Below are positions 39,455 through 50,208 of a DNA stretch of 64,000 bases, piece by piece. The DNA comes from Flavobacteriales bacterium. Its GTDB lineage: Bacteria; Bacteroidota; Bacteroidia; Flavobacteriales_F; PHOS-HE28. Position numbers and translations under genes: made by a program. Numbering within the stretch: position 1 is the first letter of the stretch; each line of letters starts with the position of its first letter. The DNA is taken from positions 16,844-80,843 of the forward strand of contig JBGTAJ010000195.1 of NCBI GenBank assembly GCA_041749915.1, written 5' to 3'. The notes beneath the pieces were generated by a model, which ran no database searches, was not told the origin of the DNA, and saw only the letters and a list, made by a program, of their open reading frames with translations.

Positions 39455-40624
39455 ATGCAGGATACCACCACCCTCGCCGGCCTCAATTTCGAACTCTCCG
39501 AGGAGCAGATCGCAGCGCGCGATGCCGCCCGTGATTTCGCTCAGAACGTGCTGAAGCCCGGCGTGATCGACCGCGACCGCGAACAGCGCTTCCCCGCCGA
39601 GGAGATCAAACAGCTCGGTGAGCTCGGTTTTCTGGGCATGATGGTGGACCCCAAGTACGGCGGCGGTGGCATGGACACCATCAGCTACGTGCTGGTGATG
39701 GAGGAGCTGAGCAAGGTGGACGCCAGCGCCAGTGTGGTGGTGAGCGTGAACAACAGCCTGGTGTGCTGGGGTCTGGAGACCTTCGCCAACGAAGAGCAGA
39801 AGCAGAAGTACCTGGTGCCCCTGGCCAAAGGCGAGAAGATCGGCGCCTTCTGCCTCAGCGAGCCCGAGGCCGGCAGCGATGCCACCAGCCAGCGCACGAC
39901 CGCCATCGACATGGGCGATCACTACCTGCTCAACGGTACCAAGAACTGGATCACCAACGGCGGCAGTGCCAGCACCTACCTGGTGATGGCGCAGACCGAT
40001 GCGGCCAAGGGGCACAAGGGCATCAACTGCCTCATCGTGGAGAAGGGAATGCCCGGCTTCGTGGTGGGTGCCAAGGAGGACAAGATGGGTATCCGCGGCA
40101 GCGACACCCACACCCTGATGTTCCAGGACGTGAAGGTGCCCAAGGCCAACCGCATCGGTGAGGACGGTTTCGGGTTCACCTTCGCCATGAAGACCCTCAG
40201 CGGTGGCCGCATCGGTATCGCTTCACAGGCCCTGGGTATTGCGAGCGGCGCCTACGAACTGGCCCTCGCCTACAGCAAGGAGCGCAAGGCTTTCGGCAAG
40301 ACCATCAGCGACCACCAGGCGATCGCCTTCAAGTTGGCCGACATGGCCACCGAGATCGAGGCGGCCCGTCTGCTGTGCCTGAAGGCCGCCTGGCTGAAGG
40401 ACCAGCACCTCAACTATGATCAGGCCAGCGCCATGGCCAAGGTCTTCGCCAGCGAAGTGGCCATGCGCACCACCACCGAAGCGGTGCAGGTGCACGGCGG
40501 CTACGGCTACGTGAAGGAGTACCACGTGGAGCGCCTGATGCGGGACGCCAAGATCACGCAGATCTACGAGGGCACCAGCGAGGTGCAGCGCATTGTGATC
40601 AGCCGGTCCGTCCTCAAGGGCTAA
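39455..40624 (+). CDS. Acyl-CoA dehydrogenase (short/branched-chain type).
   Basis: ACAD N-terminal, middle and C-terminal domains, with the catalytic region YEGTSEVQRIVISR at the C-terminus. Confidence 0.9.
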   Translation: MQDTTTLAGLNFELSEEQIAARDAARDFAQNVLKPGVIDRDREQRFPAEEIKQLGELGFLGMMVDPKYGGGGMDTISYVLVMEELSKVDASASVVVSVNNSLVCWGLETFANEEQKQKYLVPLAKGEKIGAFCLSEPEAGSDATSQRTTAIDMGDHYLLNGTKNWITNGGSASTYLVMAQTDAAKGHKGINCLIVEKGMPGFVVGAKEDKMGIRGSDTHTLMFQDVKVPKANRIGEDGFGFTFAMKTLSGGRIGIASQALGIASGAYELALAYSKERKAFGKTISDHQAIAFKLADMATEIEAARLLCLKAAWLKDQHLNYDQASAMAKVFASEVAMRTTTEAVQVHGGYGYVKEYHVERLMRDAKITQIYEGTSEVQRIVISRSVLKG

Positions 40625-41913
40625 AGCGCCTCCACCAGGGTTTCCAGCTTGATCCCCCGCGAACCCTTGACCAGCACCATGTGCCCGGTGAGGGGTTCGT
40701 TCTTCATGACCTCGAGCATCGCTGCGGCGTTGGGATAGGACCGTTCCAAAGTGCTGCGCTGGAATTCAGGCCCCACGAAGCGGGCATCGATGTTCAATTC
40801 CCTGACCAAGGCAACGATGGCATCATGCTCGGTCCGGCTGTCCGCACCAAGTTCCAACATGTCGCCTAGGATGGCCAGTTTGGGCCGGTCCGTGGTCATG
40901 GCCGCGAAGTTGCGCAGCGCGGCGGCCATGCTGGTGGGGTTGGCGTTGTAGGCATCCAGCACCAACTGGTTGCGGCCCGTATCCGTGAACTGTGAGCGGT
41001 TGTTGCTGGGCGTATAGTCCCCGATGGCTCCGGCGATAACATCGTCGGGAACGCCGAAGTGCCTGCCGATGGCCACGGCCGCCAACGCGTTCGGTGCATT
41101 GTAATCGCCGATGAGCTTGGTGGAGACGTGAAAATGGCCCACGCGACCGCGGTCATCGAAGACCAGCTCCATGTAGGGCACATCACTGGCCACGGCATTC
41201 CCGCGCGTATCAGCAGTTTCGTCGTTCCCGTAGGTAACGCGTTTGAGGCCGGCGCTCTTTTCCATCAATAGGGCATCATCCGCGTTCACGAAGACAAGGC
41301 CTTCATGGTCGCCCAGGAAGCTGTACATCTCCGTCTTCGCCCTGATCACGCCTTCATAGCTGCCAAAACCTTCGAGGTGCGCGCGCCCCACGTTCGTGAT
41401 GAGCCCGTGGGTGGGCTCGGCGATGGCCACCAGTTCGGCTATGTCACCGACCTTGTTCGCGCCCATCTCGATGATGGCGATCCGGTGCTCCGAGGTCAGC
41501 CGTAGCAATGTCAGCGGAACCCCGATGTGGTTGTTGAGGTTGCCCGTGGTGGCCAGTGTGGGGCGGTCGGCGCTGAGCACGGCATGCACCAGTTCCTTCG
41601 TCGTCGTCTTGCCGTTCGTGCCCGTTATCCCGATCACGGGGATGGAGAATGTCCGACGGTGATACCGGGCTAGCTCCTGCATCGCGCTGAGCACATCGGG
41701 GACCAGCAGGAAGCGCTCGTCCAGCGCCACGGCAGGGTCGTCCACCACGGCATAGCGGCTGCCTTGTGTCAGGGCCTCGGCGGCGAAGGCATTGGCATTG
41801 AAGTGCGGGCCTTTCAGGGCGAAGAATAGACTCTGTGGAGCGATGGAACGCGTGTCCGTGCAGGCCCCGGAGCATTCCAGGAAACGCTGATGCAGTGTTG
41901 CGATGGTGATCAT
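40621..41913 (-). CDS. murF: UDP-N-acetylmuramoyl-tripeptide--D-alanyl-D-alanine ligase.
   Basis: A Mur ligase with the P-loop GITGTNGKTTTKE. It overlaps the acyl-CoA dehydrogenase stop by 4 nt. Confidence 0.9.
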   Translation of the reverse strand: MITIATLHQRFLECSGACTDTRSIAPQSLFFALKGPHFNANAFAAEALTQGSRYAVVDDPAVALDERFLLVPDVLSAMQELARYHRRTFSIPVIGITGTNGKTTTKELVHAVLSADRPTLATTGNLNNHIGVPLTLLRLTSEHRIAIIEMGANKVGDIAELVAIAEPTHGLITNVGRAHLEGFGSYEGVIRAKTEMYSFLGDHEGLVFVNADDALLMEKSAGLKRVTYGNDETADTRGNAVASDVPYMELVFDDRGRVGHFHVSTKLIGDYNAPNALAAVAIGRHFGVPDDVIAGAIGDYTPSNNRSQFTDTGRNQLVLDAYNANPTSMAAALRNFAAMTTDRPKLAILGDMLELGADSRTEHDAIVALVRELNIDARFVGPEFQRSTLERSYPNAAAMLEVMKNEPLTGHMVLVKGSRGIKLETLVEAL

Positions 41914-41969
41914 AACGAAAGAGCCCCCGGACAGGCCGGGGGCTCGAAGATAGAAGGGGGATCGAACGA

Positions 41970-43724
41970 CTACTTGTCGAGCTTCTCGCGGCGCTTGTCA
42001 TCGCCCAGGCCCTTGGGACTTCCCACACGGGTCATGGCACAACGGAAGCCGATGGTGGCAGTGCTCTGGCGCTCATCGAGGTGACGACGCGTTCCGGGGT
42101 TCGCCCAGTAGATGCGGTCCGCCCAGGAGGCACCCTTGTACACGCGACTGCGGTCGTTCACCAGGGTGGTCTTGCCCCAATCGTACATCGGATTGCCCTC
42201 GAAGTCGGGCTGTTCGAAGTAGATGCTGCTCTCCACATCACCATCTGTGAAGTTGATATTGTCCGACTGGCGGTAGTTGCGACGGTCGATGTTCTCCTCC
42301 ACGGTCACGTTCCGGACGCGCACGTCACCTGGCTGGTCGGCCTGGTAGTCGCTGATGCCGGCCAACAGTTTGGGGCAGATCTCCAGGTCCTTGCCCTTGA
42401 TGTTGTCCACCATGTCCTGCACACGCTGCATCGCTGCGTCCTGCTTGCGGGTGTTGTTGAACTCGATGGCCTGGTCGATCGTCGTCAACAGCTCATCAAT
42501 GAGACCAGCCTCCTCGTCAGTGGCACGGCCCTGCATGGCGGTCTGGAACTGGGTGAGGTAGTACTTGATCCCGTCCACATCGTAGATCACCAGGTCATGC
42601 TTGTCCTCCACCACACCATCGCTGTTCAGCACTTTGGTCTTGAACACGTTTCCGCGGAAGGGGCGGAAGTCGTCCTTGTCCTCGGGGCTCAGCGGACGGT
42701 AGACGTCCATCACCCACTCGCTGACGTTGCCGGCCATGTTGTAAAGGCCGTAATCGTTGGGCCAGTAGCTGAACACGGGGGCGGTCACATCGGCGTTGTC
42801 GTTGAGGCTGCCGGCCACACCCATGTAGTCACCACGACCGCGCATGAAGTTGCCGCGGAAATCACCGTAGAACGCACCGCCTTTCTTGCGGCTGTCGTAA
42901 CGCACCCAGTGACCGTTCCAGGGATAGATGCGACGCTCCACCACGCGCTCGTCCACTGTATTCCCCACGAGGCCATAGGCGGCGTATTCCCACTCGGCCT
43001 CCGTCGGCAGACGGTAGCGGGGCAGCAGCACTCCGTCCTCCATTTTGATGTTACGCGTGTCCTTGTTCGGGTTGAAGTCGGTCACACCATCCACCTTCTT
43101 ACCGCTCTCATATTGGCCGGCGAGGTAGGCATCCGTGGTGAAGTGGTCCTCGTTGATCTGGTTGGGATAGTGCTCGAACAGGCCTTCCCGGATCAGGATC
43201 ACTTCGTTCACCCGGTCCGTGCGCCATGCGCAATAGTCATTGGCCTGCAGCCAGTTCACACCGACCACGGGGTAATCGCGGTAGGCCGGGTGGCGGAGGT
43301 AGTACTCCACGTAAGGCTCGTTGAAGGCCAGTTTGCTGCGCCACACGAGGGTGTCGGGCAGGGCTTTCTTGTAGATCTCCGGGTAATCCGCCGCGAAGAC
43401 GCGGTCCAGCCAGTAGAGGTATTCCAGCCAATAGAAGTTGGTCACTTCCACCTCATCCATATAGAAGGAGGAAACCGTCACCGTGCGGGGCACATTGTCC
43501 CAATCATGGCGCAGGTCGTCCGTCACGCGGCCCATGGTGAACTGGCCGCCTTCCACCAGGATCAGGCCGGGGCCCGTTTCCTGGTCCTCGAACGCAGCCT
43601 TTTCAAAGCCACCGTTCTTGGAATCGTTGTAGTTCCATCCGGTGGCGCCGCTCTTCTCGAACTGGCAGCTGGTGAACAGTGCCGTGCCCGAAACGAGTAT
43701 GCCGATATTCCTTACAAGGCTCAT
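41970..43724 (-). CDS. gldJ: Gliding motility lipoprotein GldJ (formylglycine-generating-enzyme / sulfatase-modifying-factor-like fold).
   Basis: A lipoprotein signal peptide with cysteine (LFTSC), a 584-aa FGE-like domain, and the gldJ-murF adjacency known from Flavobacterium johnsoniae. Confidence 0.85.
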   Translation of the reverse strand: MSLVRNIGILVSGTALFTSCQFEKSGATGWNYNDSKNGGFEKAAFEDQETGPGLILVEGGQFTMGRVTDDLRHDWDNVPRTVTVSSFYMDEVEVTNFYWLEYLYWLDRVFAADYPEIYKKALPDTLVWRSKLAFNEPYVEYYLRHPAYRDYPVVGVNWLQANDYCAWRTDRVNEVILIREGLFEHYPNQINEDHFTTDAYLAGQYESGKKVDGVTDFNPNKDTRNIKMEDGVLLPRYRLPTEAEWEYAAYGLVGNTVDERVVERRIYPWNGHWVRYDSRKKGGAFYGDFRGNFMRGRGDYMGVAGSLNDNADVTAPVFSYWPNDYGLYNMAGNVSEWVMDVYRPLSPEDKDDFRPFRGNVFKTKVLNSDGVVEDKHDLVIYDVDGIKYYLTQFQTAMQGRATDEEAGLIDELLTTIDQAIEFNNTRKQDAAMQRVQDMVDNIKGKDLEICPKLLAGISDYQADQPGDVRVRNVTVEENIDRRNYRQSDNINFTDGDVESSIYFEQPDFEGNPMYDWGKTTLVNDRSRVYKGASWADRIYWANPGTRRHLDERQSTATIGFRCAMTRVGSPKGLGDDKRREKLDK

Positions 43725-43743
43725 GGTCTTGTGGGTTGCTGGT

Positions 43744-44721
43744 TCAGAAGGTGGGGCAGGCTACGACCCGGAACCTCCTCTTCTTGGGTTTGCAGTTGAA
43801 TTGCAGTTGCATGCTGATCTCGTGGGAGCCAGCAGTGGCGGTGGTCAATTTGGACGTGGTCACATCGTAGCTGTAACCGAACTTGAACTTGTCCGTCTGG
43901 AAGCCGATCAGGGCGATGAAGGCATCCCGCGTGCGATACCATACACCAGCGGTGATCGGTCCGTGATCAACGTACAGGCCGAGGTTCAACTGTCGGAACG
44001 CGGCCTGCTGCTGGTAAAGTATGTTGGGCGAGATCCGGGTGCGGGCCTCACCGTACTTGCCGTTCATGCCTAGGGGAATGGCGGCACCGGCATGGGCGGT
44101 CAGTTTCATGGGGAGCTTGCTGGTGCCCACGATGAGCGACTCATTGGGTTCGGTGAGGTGATGGGCGGAGAAGCCGATGAAGTACACATCACTATAACCG
44201 AGCACACCTGCGCTGAAGTCGGCGTTGCCCACCTGGCCGCCGCGGGGCACATCCTGGGTGTTGTATACGAAGCCCCGGCGGGGGTCGATCTGGTCGCCGA
44301 AGGTGAGCTTCGTCCAGTCCAGGGACTTTTGGAAGTAGGTGGCTTGGAATCCCACCTTCAGGGAGAATTTCCGGGAGATGGCCTGCTGGTAGGAATAGAT
44401 CCCGCTGACCGTGGTGGTGTTCAAGGTACCCTTGCCGGCCTGGTCGTTGGTGACCAACAATCCCAAGCCACCCATCAGGCCATCCACGTGCTGGTCATAG
44501 CTGGCGCTGGTGGTGACGAAGGTGCCCGTCAATGCAGGCCACTGGTTCCGGTAGTTGAGGACCACACGCGGACAGCGCGCGGTACCGGCGAACGCGGGGT
44601 TCAGGTACAGCGGGTTCGCATAGAATTGCGTGAACTGCGGATCCTGAGCGCTAGCGCCCAAGGTCGCGAACACAGCCAGTGCCAGGCCCAGGGCCCCACG
44701 CCTAAAGGTCCATTCCATCAT
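43744..44721 (-). CDS. PorP/SprF family T9SS outer-membrane beta-barrel protein.
   Basis: A signal peptide and the N-terminal motif FTQFYANPLYLNPAFAG characteristic of PorP/SprF; 325 aa. Confidence 0.8.
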   Translation of the reverse strand: MMEWTFRRGALGLALAVFATLGASAQDPQFTQFYANPLYLNPAFAGTARCPRVVLNYRNQWPALTGTFVTTSASYDQHVDGLMGGLGLLVTNDQAGKGTLNTTTVSGIYSYQQAISRKFSLKVGFQATYFQKSLDWTKLTFGDQIDPRRGFVYNTQDVPRGGQVGNADFSAGVLGYSDVYFIGFSAHHLTEPNESLIVGTSKLPMKLTAHAGAAIPLGMNGKYGEARTRISPNILYQQQAAFRQLNLGLYVDHGPITAGVWYRTRDAFIALIGFQTDKFKFGYSYDVTTSKLTTATAGSHEISMQLQFNCKPKKRRFRVVACPTF

Positions 44722-44899
44722 GCTCTCAGATCGATCAAGGCTTTCGAGCCAGCGCCAAGTATACGCAACCCTTCGCGATACGGTTCACCTTTCCCTTCGG
44801 CAATATTCCTGAACCTAGGCCGTTGGTCGGGTGTTCCGTGAACGCAAGGGTCGAAGGTAGTAGTTTCGACCGATCTGTTGATAACCTGTTCATCTCCGC

Positions 44900-47800
44900 A
44901 TGACCTCCACCCGTCCAGCCCTAGCCATCCTGCTGCTGTTCAGCACCCTTCCAGTCCTGGCCCAAGAGCGTGTTCAGCGCTTGTTGAACTGGGGGGTAGG
45001 TAACGTCCCGGCCAAGGTCGCCACCGAGGGACGGAACGTTCAGCCCGTGGAAGGGCAGGTCCGTGCGACGACCTCTCCCTTGGCGCTTGCTTTCGATGGG
45101 GCCTTTTTCGATGAGGACCGTGGAGGCCTTCCTTACTACAACGAACAGACACAGATGCCAACGGGTGTCACCGGCATCACCGCCTATGTAAGGGATGCGG
45201 TCTACGTGCCACTGACCACGGCGGAGCGTACGGCATGGCCGGCCGTGGAGCAGGCAGGTCCTGAACCAGAGGTGCATGCCCGGGTGACCTTCTACCGCAA
45301 ACGCCCACAAGGCTTGGTGAGCGTCTATCCCTACCGGCGTGATCCCGTCACCGGGTCACTGGACAAATTGGTGTCCTTCCGCATCGAACTGGTGGAAAGC
45401 CGCTCCGCAACCCGTGGTGGAGGGCAGCGCTCCTACCCGGACAACTCCAAACTCGCATCAGGGGATTGGTTCCGTTTCACCATCGCAAAGGATGGCGTCT
45501 ACAAGGTCACCTACGAGACCCTTCGGGACATGGGGGCTGATGTCAGCTCGCTGAGCTCCGATCGGATCAACGTCTACGGCAATCATTTCGGGCTGCTCCC
45601 CTTCGTGAACAATGTGGAACGCCCCACGGACCTTCTCCTCAATGCCATCCAGATGGTGGACGGTGGCGATGGCGTGTTCGGCCCCGGCGACCACCTGCTG
45701 TTCTATGGTACCGGGGCGCACCGATGGGAGGTGCAGAACGACCGGTTCGTGCACACCCGCAATGTCTATTCCGACTCCGCTTCCTACTTCATCGGCATCG
45801 ATGTGGATCCGCCATCGCGTATTGCGGATGCCGAACTCAGTACGGATGAAGCCACCCTCACCGTCACCTCGTTCAATGACCGGCATTTCATCAATCGTGA
45901 ACTGGTGAACCTGCTGAAGTCGGGCAGGAACTGGTTGGGAGAGACCTTCGATCTGACGACCACCTACAACTACAACTTCGAAACCCCTTTCCTGAACCCC
46001 GGCAGTGAAGCGACGCTGGTGGTGAACGTCGCCGGTCGGACCTACGGGCTGGGGAATACCAGCAGCTTCTCGATCACCTCGGGAGGCAGCTTGAGCACCT
46101 CACTTTCGGTGCCCGGCATTTCGCAGAACAATACATCGCCCGTGGCCAGTGCTGCGCAGGGCGTCTACACCTTCAGCCCTTCGGGCAACAATGTGCCGGT
46201 CACGCTGTCCTTCATCAAGTTCGATCCCATCACTTCGGTGGGCTGGCTGAATTACCTGGAGCTCAATTGCCGCCGCCAGTTACGCATGACCGGTGATCAG
46301 GTGGCGTTCAGGGACCTGGCCTCCGTGGGTGCCGGACAGGTGGCTGAGATGGTCATGGACCAGGCACAATCGGTCTACCGGATCTGGGAGGTGACCACCC
46401 CCACTGCGGCGCGCAGCGTGCCCTTCACGACCGATGGTTCCACAAAACGCTTCCGTGTGCGCACGGATGAATTGCGCGAGTTCATCGCCTTCCGCGATGC
46501 GAACTACCTCACGCCCACGGCGATCGGTCGTGTGCCGAACCAGAACCTGCATGCCACCGGTTCGCCCACCGACCTGGTGATCGTGGTCCCTCCCGTGTTC
46601 CAGGCCGCAGCCTCCCGCTTGGCGGATAGGCGCGCCAGCGAAGGCATGAACGTGGTGATGGTGAGCCCCCAGCAGGTGTTCAACGAATTCTCCAGCGGTG
46701 CGCGTGATGCCACCGCCATCAAGCGCTACATGCGCATGTTGTACGACCGGGCGGGCATGGATGAGTCACTTATGCCAAGGCACCTGCTGCTGTTCGGTGA
46801 TGGGTCGTACAACAACCTCTCCCTGCTCCCGACCAACCAGAACTTCATCCCGTCCTACCAGTCGGCTGACGGCATTTCACCGTCGAACTCCTACACCTCC
46901 GATGATTATTTCGGGCTGCTGGACGAGACCGATGGCGAGAGCACAGGTGACCTGGTGGATATCGGTGTGGGGCGACTTCCCGTGTCCTCCTCCCAGCAGG
47001 CACAGGAGGTGGTGACCAAGATCCTGGCCTATGATCGATTGCAGTTGTTGAGCTCCTCGGATGACAATTGCTCAGCGATCGGTGGCGGCGGTATCGCTGA
47101 CTGGCGGAACCATGTCCTGTTCGCCTCCGATGATCAGGAGGGCGACTCATTCGAAGGCGTGATCCACATGGAGCAGAGCAACCAGTTGGCGCTGCGTGTG
47201 GAGAATGAGCACCCGCATCTCAACGTGGACAAGATCTACCTCGATGCCTATCAGCAGGTGACCACGCCGGGCGGGGAGCGCTACCCACAGGCCAATGAGG
47301 AACTGAGGGATAAGGTGCAGAAGGGAACCTTGGTCGTGAACTATGTGGGCCACGGCGGTGAGGTGGGGTGGGCCCACGAGCGTTTCCTCGACAATGGCAC
47401 CATCACCAATTGGTCCAACCTGGACCGTTTGCCCCTCTTCATGACCGCCACCTGTGAGTTCTCCCGTTGGGATGATCCCGGACGGACCTCCGCCGGTGAG
47501 CTCGTACTGCTCAACCCCTCCGGAGGTGGGGTGGGTCTGATGACCACCACGCGCCTGGCCTATTCCAACCAGAACTTCGACCTGGCCCGGCGTTTCTACG
47601 ACCATGTATTCACAGAAGAGGATGACCAGGGACGTCCTTGGCAGTTGGGGGATATCTACCGCGAGACGAAGCGCTCCATCACGGCGGCACAACCCAGTCA
47701 ACGCAACCACCGCAACTTCTCGTTGCTGGGCGACCCCAGCATGCGACTTGCCCTTCCCCGCGAACGGATCATGATCACATCCATCACGGATACCCTGGGC

Positions 47801-48835
47801 GTACCCATGGATACTCTGAAGGCCCTGTCCACCGTGCGTATCTCCGGTTTCGTGGATGATGGCACCGGCCAGCCCATGGCCGACTTCAATGGTAGGGTGC
47901 TGCCGCTGGTCTACGACAAGGAATCGGACCAAAGCACGCTTGCCAACGATGGTGGTGGCCCATTCAATTTCAAGATCCGGAAGAACATCATCTACCGCGG
48001 GAAGGCGACCGTTACCAATGGGCAGTTCGAATTCACCTTCGTGGTGCCCAAGGATATCAACTACCAGGTGGGGCCAGGTAGGATAAGTTGCTATGCCGAA
48101 AGTTGGTCGACCAACGCGAGCGGTTACACCAACAGCCCACTGATCGGGTCCACCGCCACGGATATCGTGGAGGATGACCAAGGCCCCCAGATCGAACTGT
48201 TCATGAACGATGAACGCTTCGTGCGGGGCGGCATGACCAATGAAACACCGCTGTTGTTCGCGAAGCTCTTCGACGAGAACGGGATCAATACGGTGGGCAG
48301 CAGCATCGGTCACGACCTGCTGGCCGTGCTGGACGAGAACACCGAACAGGCCGTGGTGCTGAACGACCTCTACGAAGCGGACCTGGACACGTATAAGAGC
48401 GGCGCCGTGCGTTACCGCTTCGGCAACCTCGCCGAGGGCCCGCACACCCTTCGATTGAAGGCTTGGGATGCGCACAACAACTCCTCGGATGCGACCACGG
48501 AGTTCGTGGTGGCCTCCTCTGCCGAGCTGGCGCTTGACCATGTGCTGAACTATCCCAACCCCTTCACCACCCGCACATCCTTCTTCTTTGAGCACAACCG
48601 GCCCTGCACCACCCTCAACGTGCAGGTGCAGGTGTTCACGGTCAGCGGACGCTTGATCAAGACCCTCAGCAGGCAGCTCGCCTGCGAGGGATTCCGCAGC
48701 GAACCGCTGGAATGGGATGGTCGCGATGATGTGGGTGACAGCATCGGACGCGGTGTCTATGTGTATCGCCTGAGCGTGGTGACCCCGGAGGGCGAACGCG
48801 CCGAGAAGTTCGAAAAACTGGTGGTGTTGCGTTGA
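44900..48835 (+). CDS. porU: T9SS sortase PorU (C25 gingipain-like peptidase).
   Basis: A 1311-aa protein with a signal peptide, a C25 peptidase core, and a C-terminal beta-sandwich and T9SS-type tail. It lies immediately upstream of porV, as in F. johnsoniae. Confidence 0.85.
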   Translation: MTSTRPALAILLLFSTLPVLAQERVQRLLNWGVGNVPAKVATEGRNVQPVEGQVRATTSPLALAFDGAFFDEDRGGLPYYNEQTQMPTGVTGITAYVRDAVYVPLTTAERTAWPAVEQAGPEPEVHARVTFYRKRPQGLVSVYPYRRDPVTGSLDKLVSFRIELVESRSATRGGGQRSYPDNSKLASGDWFRFTIAKDGVYKVTYETLRDMGADVSSLSSDRINVYGNHFGLLPFVNNVERPTDLLLNAIQMVDGGDGVFGPGDHLLFYGTGAHRWEVQNDRFVHTRNVYSDSASYFIGIDVDPPSRIADAELSTDEATLTVTSFNDRHFINRELVNLLKSGRNWLGETFDLTTTYNYNFETPFLNPGSEATLVVNVAGRTYGLGNTSSFSITSGGSLSTSLSVPGISQNNTSPVASAAQGVYTFSPSGNNVPVTLSFIKFDPITSVGWLNYLELNCRRQLRMTGDQVAFRDLASVGAGQVAEMVMDQAQSVYRIWEVTTPTAARSVPFTTDGSTKRFRVRTDELREFIAFRDANYLTPTAIGRVPNQNLHATGSPTDLVIVVPPVFQAAASRLADRRASEGMNVVMVSPQQVFNEFSSGARDATAIKRYMRMLYDRAGMDESLMPRHLLLFGDGSYNNLSLLPTNQNFIPSYQSADGISPSNSYTSDDYFGLLDETDGESTGDLVDIGVGRLPVSSSQQAQEVVTKILAYDRLQLLSSSDDNCSAIGGGGIADWRNHVLFASDDQEGDSFEGVIHMEQSNQLALRVENEHPHLNVDKIYLDAYQQVTTPGGERYPQANEELRDKVQKGTLVVNYVGHGGEVGWAHERFLDNGTITNWSNLDRLPLFMTATCEFSRWDDPGRTSAGELVLLNPSGGGVGLMTTTRLAYSNQNFDLARRFYDHVFTEEDDQGRPWQLGDIYRETKRSITAAQPSQRNHRNFSLLGDPSMRLALPRERIMITSITDTLGVPMDTLKALSTVRISGFVDDGTGQPMADFNGRVLPLVYDKESDQSTLANDGGGPFNFKIRKNIIYRGKATVTNGQFEFTFVVPKDINYQVGPGRISCYAESWSTNASGYTNSPLIGSTATDIVEDDQGPQIELFMNDERFVRGGMTNETPLLFAKLFDENGINTVGSSIGHDLLAVLDENTEQAVVLNDLYEADLDTYKSGAVRYRFGNLAEGPHTLRLKAWDAHNNSSDATTEFVVASSAELALDHVLNYPNPFTTRTSFFFEHNRPCTTLNVQVQVFTVSGRLIKTLSRQLACEGFRSEPLEWDGRDDVGDSIGRGVYVYRLSVVTPEGERAEKFEKLVVLR

Positions 48836-48866
48836 ACCCTGCACAATAAGCCTCCCTGTTCCGGCG

Positions 48867-48874
48867 TATATTTG
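48867..48874 (+). promoter_or_regulatory. Candidate -7 box TATATTTG, 27 nt upstream of porV.
   Basis: A perfect TAnnTTTG match. It would give porV an internal promoter in addition to read-through from porU. Confidence 0.35.
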
Positions 48875-48900
48875 ACGTCCTTTTCCCGACCCCTGCCCTG

Positions 48901-50208
48901 ATGCGTTCCATCCGTCGTCCCTTTATTGCCGCAGCGACCGTTCTGTCGGCCGCTGCACCCCTGGCCGTCATGGCCCAGCCTTGCGATCCGCAGTTCCAAG
49001 CGGCCGGACAGCAATGCGGCGACCAGCTGAACACCATCACGACGGCCGTACCCTTCCTGATGATCTCCGTGGACTCCCGCGCAGGGGGGATGGGGGATGC
49101 CGGTGTCGCGGTCTCTCCGGATGCGAACTCCATCCACTGGAACCCGGCAAAACTGGCCTTCGCCGAGCAGGACGGTGAGTTCAGCATGAGCTACAGTCCC
49201 TGGCTTCGGAACTTGGTTCCCGACATGAGCCTGGCCTACCTCTCCGGGTACAAGCGTTTGGGTAACAAACGCAGCTCCATCGGTGGTTCCCTGCGCTATT
49301 TCAACCTGGGCAGCATCCTCTTCACCGACCAGAACGGTTCCACCATCCGTGATTTCAAACCGGCAGAGTTCGCCGTGGACCTGGCCTTCGCCCAGCAGTT
49401 CGGCGAGAACTTTTCCGGTGGCGTCGCCATCCGCTACATCAACAGCAACCTCACCGGTGGGATCAGCGTGCAGGGGGCCAACTCCAAGGCAGGCCAGAGC
49501 GTGGCGGCCGACGTTTCCTTCTTCTACCAGAAAAAGGACCTGCAGTGGGGCAAAAAGGACGGGACCTTCGCCCTGGGATTGAACATTTCGAACGTCGGTG
49601 CGAAGATGTCCTACACCGAGACCTCCGCCCAGGATTTCATTCCCATCAACCTCCGGCTTGGACCTGCGTTCACGCTGGACATGGACGAGTACAACAGCCT
49701 GACCTTTGCCTTTGATGTGAACAAGCTGTTGGTGCCCACTCCGCCGGTCTACCTGCTGGATGAGAACGGCGCTGTGGTGATCGACCCGGTCACAGACCGG
49801 CCTGCGGTGGCCAGTGGCCGCGACCCGAACGTAGGAGTAGCCGCCGGCATGATCGGGTCCTTCACCGATGCTCCGGGCAATGTGAGCTATGACGACAATG
49901 GCAACGTGGTCGTGGAATCCGGAAGCATTTTCCGCGAGGAGATGCGCGAGATCAATCTGGGTGGCGGCTTGGAGTATTGGTACGCCAAGCAGTTCGCCTT
50001 CCGTGCCGGCTATTTCTGGGAACATTACACCAAGGGCAACCGCAAGTACTTCACCCTGGGTGCAGGTCTTCGCTACAACATCTTCTCGCTTGATCTGAGC
50101 TACCTGATCGCCAATACCCAGCGCAGCCCCTTGGCGAACACGCTCCGCTTCACATTGGGCTTCCGCTTCGATGGCAAGGGCGCCAAGAAGACGCCTGCGG
50201 AAGGATGA
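48901..50208 (+). CDS. porV: T9SS outer-membrane shuttle protein PorV (LptO).
   Basis: A signal peptide and a FadL-like beta-barrel; conserved porU-porV synteny. Confidence 0.85.
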   Translation: MRSIRRPFIAAATVLSAAAPLAVMAQPCDPQFQAAGQQCGDQLNTITTAVPFLMISVDSRAGGMGDAGVAVSPDANSIHWNPAKLAFAEQDGEFSMSYSPWLRNLVPDMSLAYLSGYKRLGNKRSSIGGSLRYFNLGSILFTDQNGSTIRDFKPAEFAVDLAFAQQFGENFSGGVAIRYINSNLTGGISVQGANSKAGQSVAADVSFFYQKKDLQWGKKDGTFALGLNISNVGAKMSYTETSAQDFIPINLRLGPAFTLDMDEYNSLTFAFDVNKLLVPTPPVYLLDENGAVVIDPVTDRPAVASGRDPNVGVAAGMIGSFTDAPGNVSYDDNGNVVVESGSIFREEMREINLGGGLEYWYAKQFAFRAGYFWEHYTKGNRKYFTLGAGLRYNIFSLDLSYLIANTQRSPLANTLRFTLGFRFDGKGAKKTPAEG

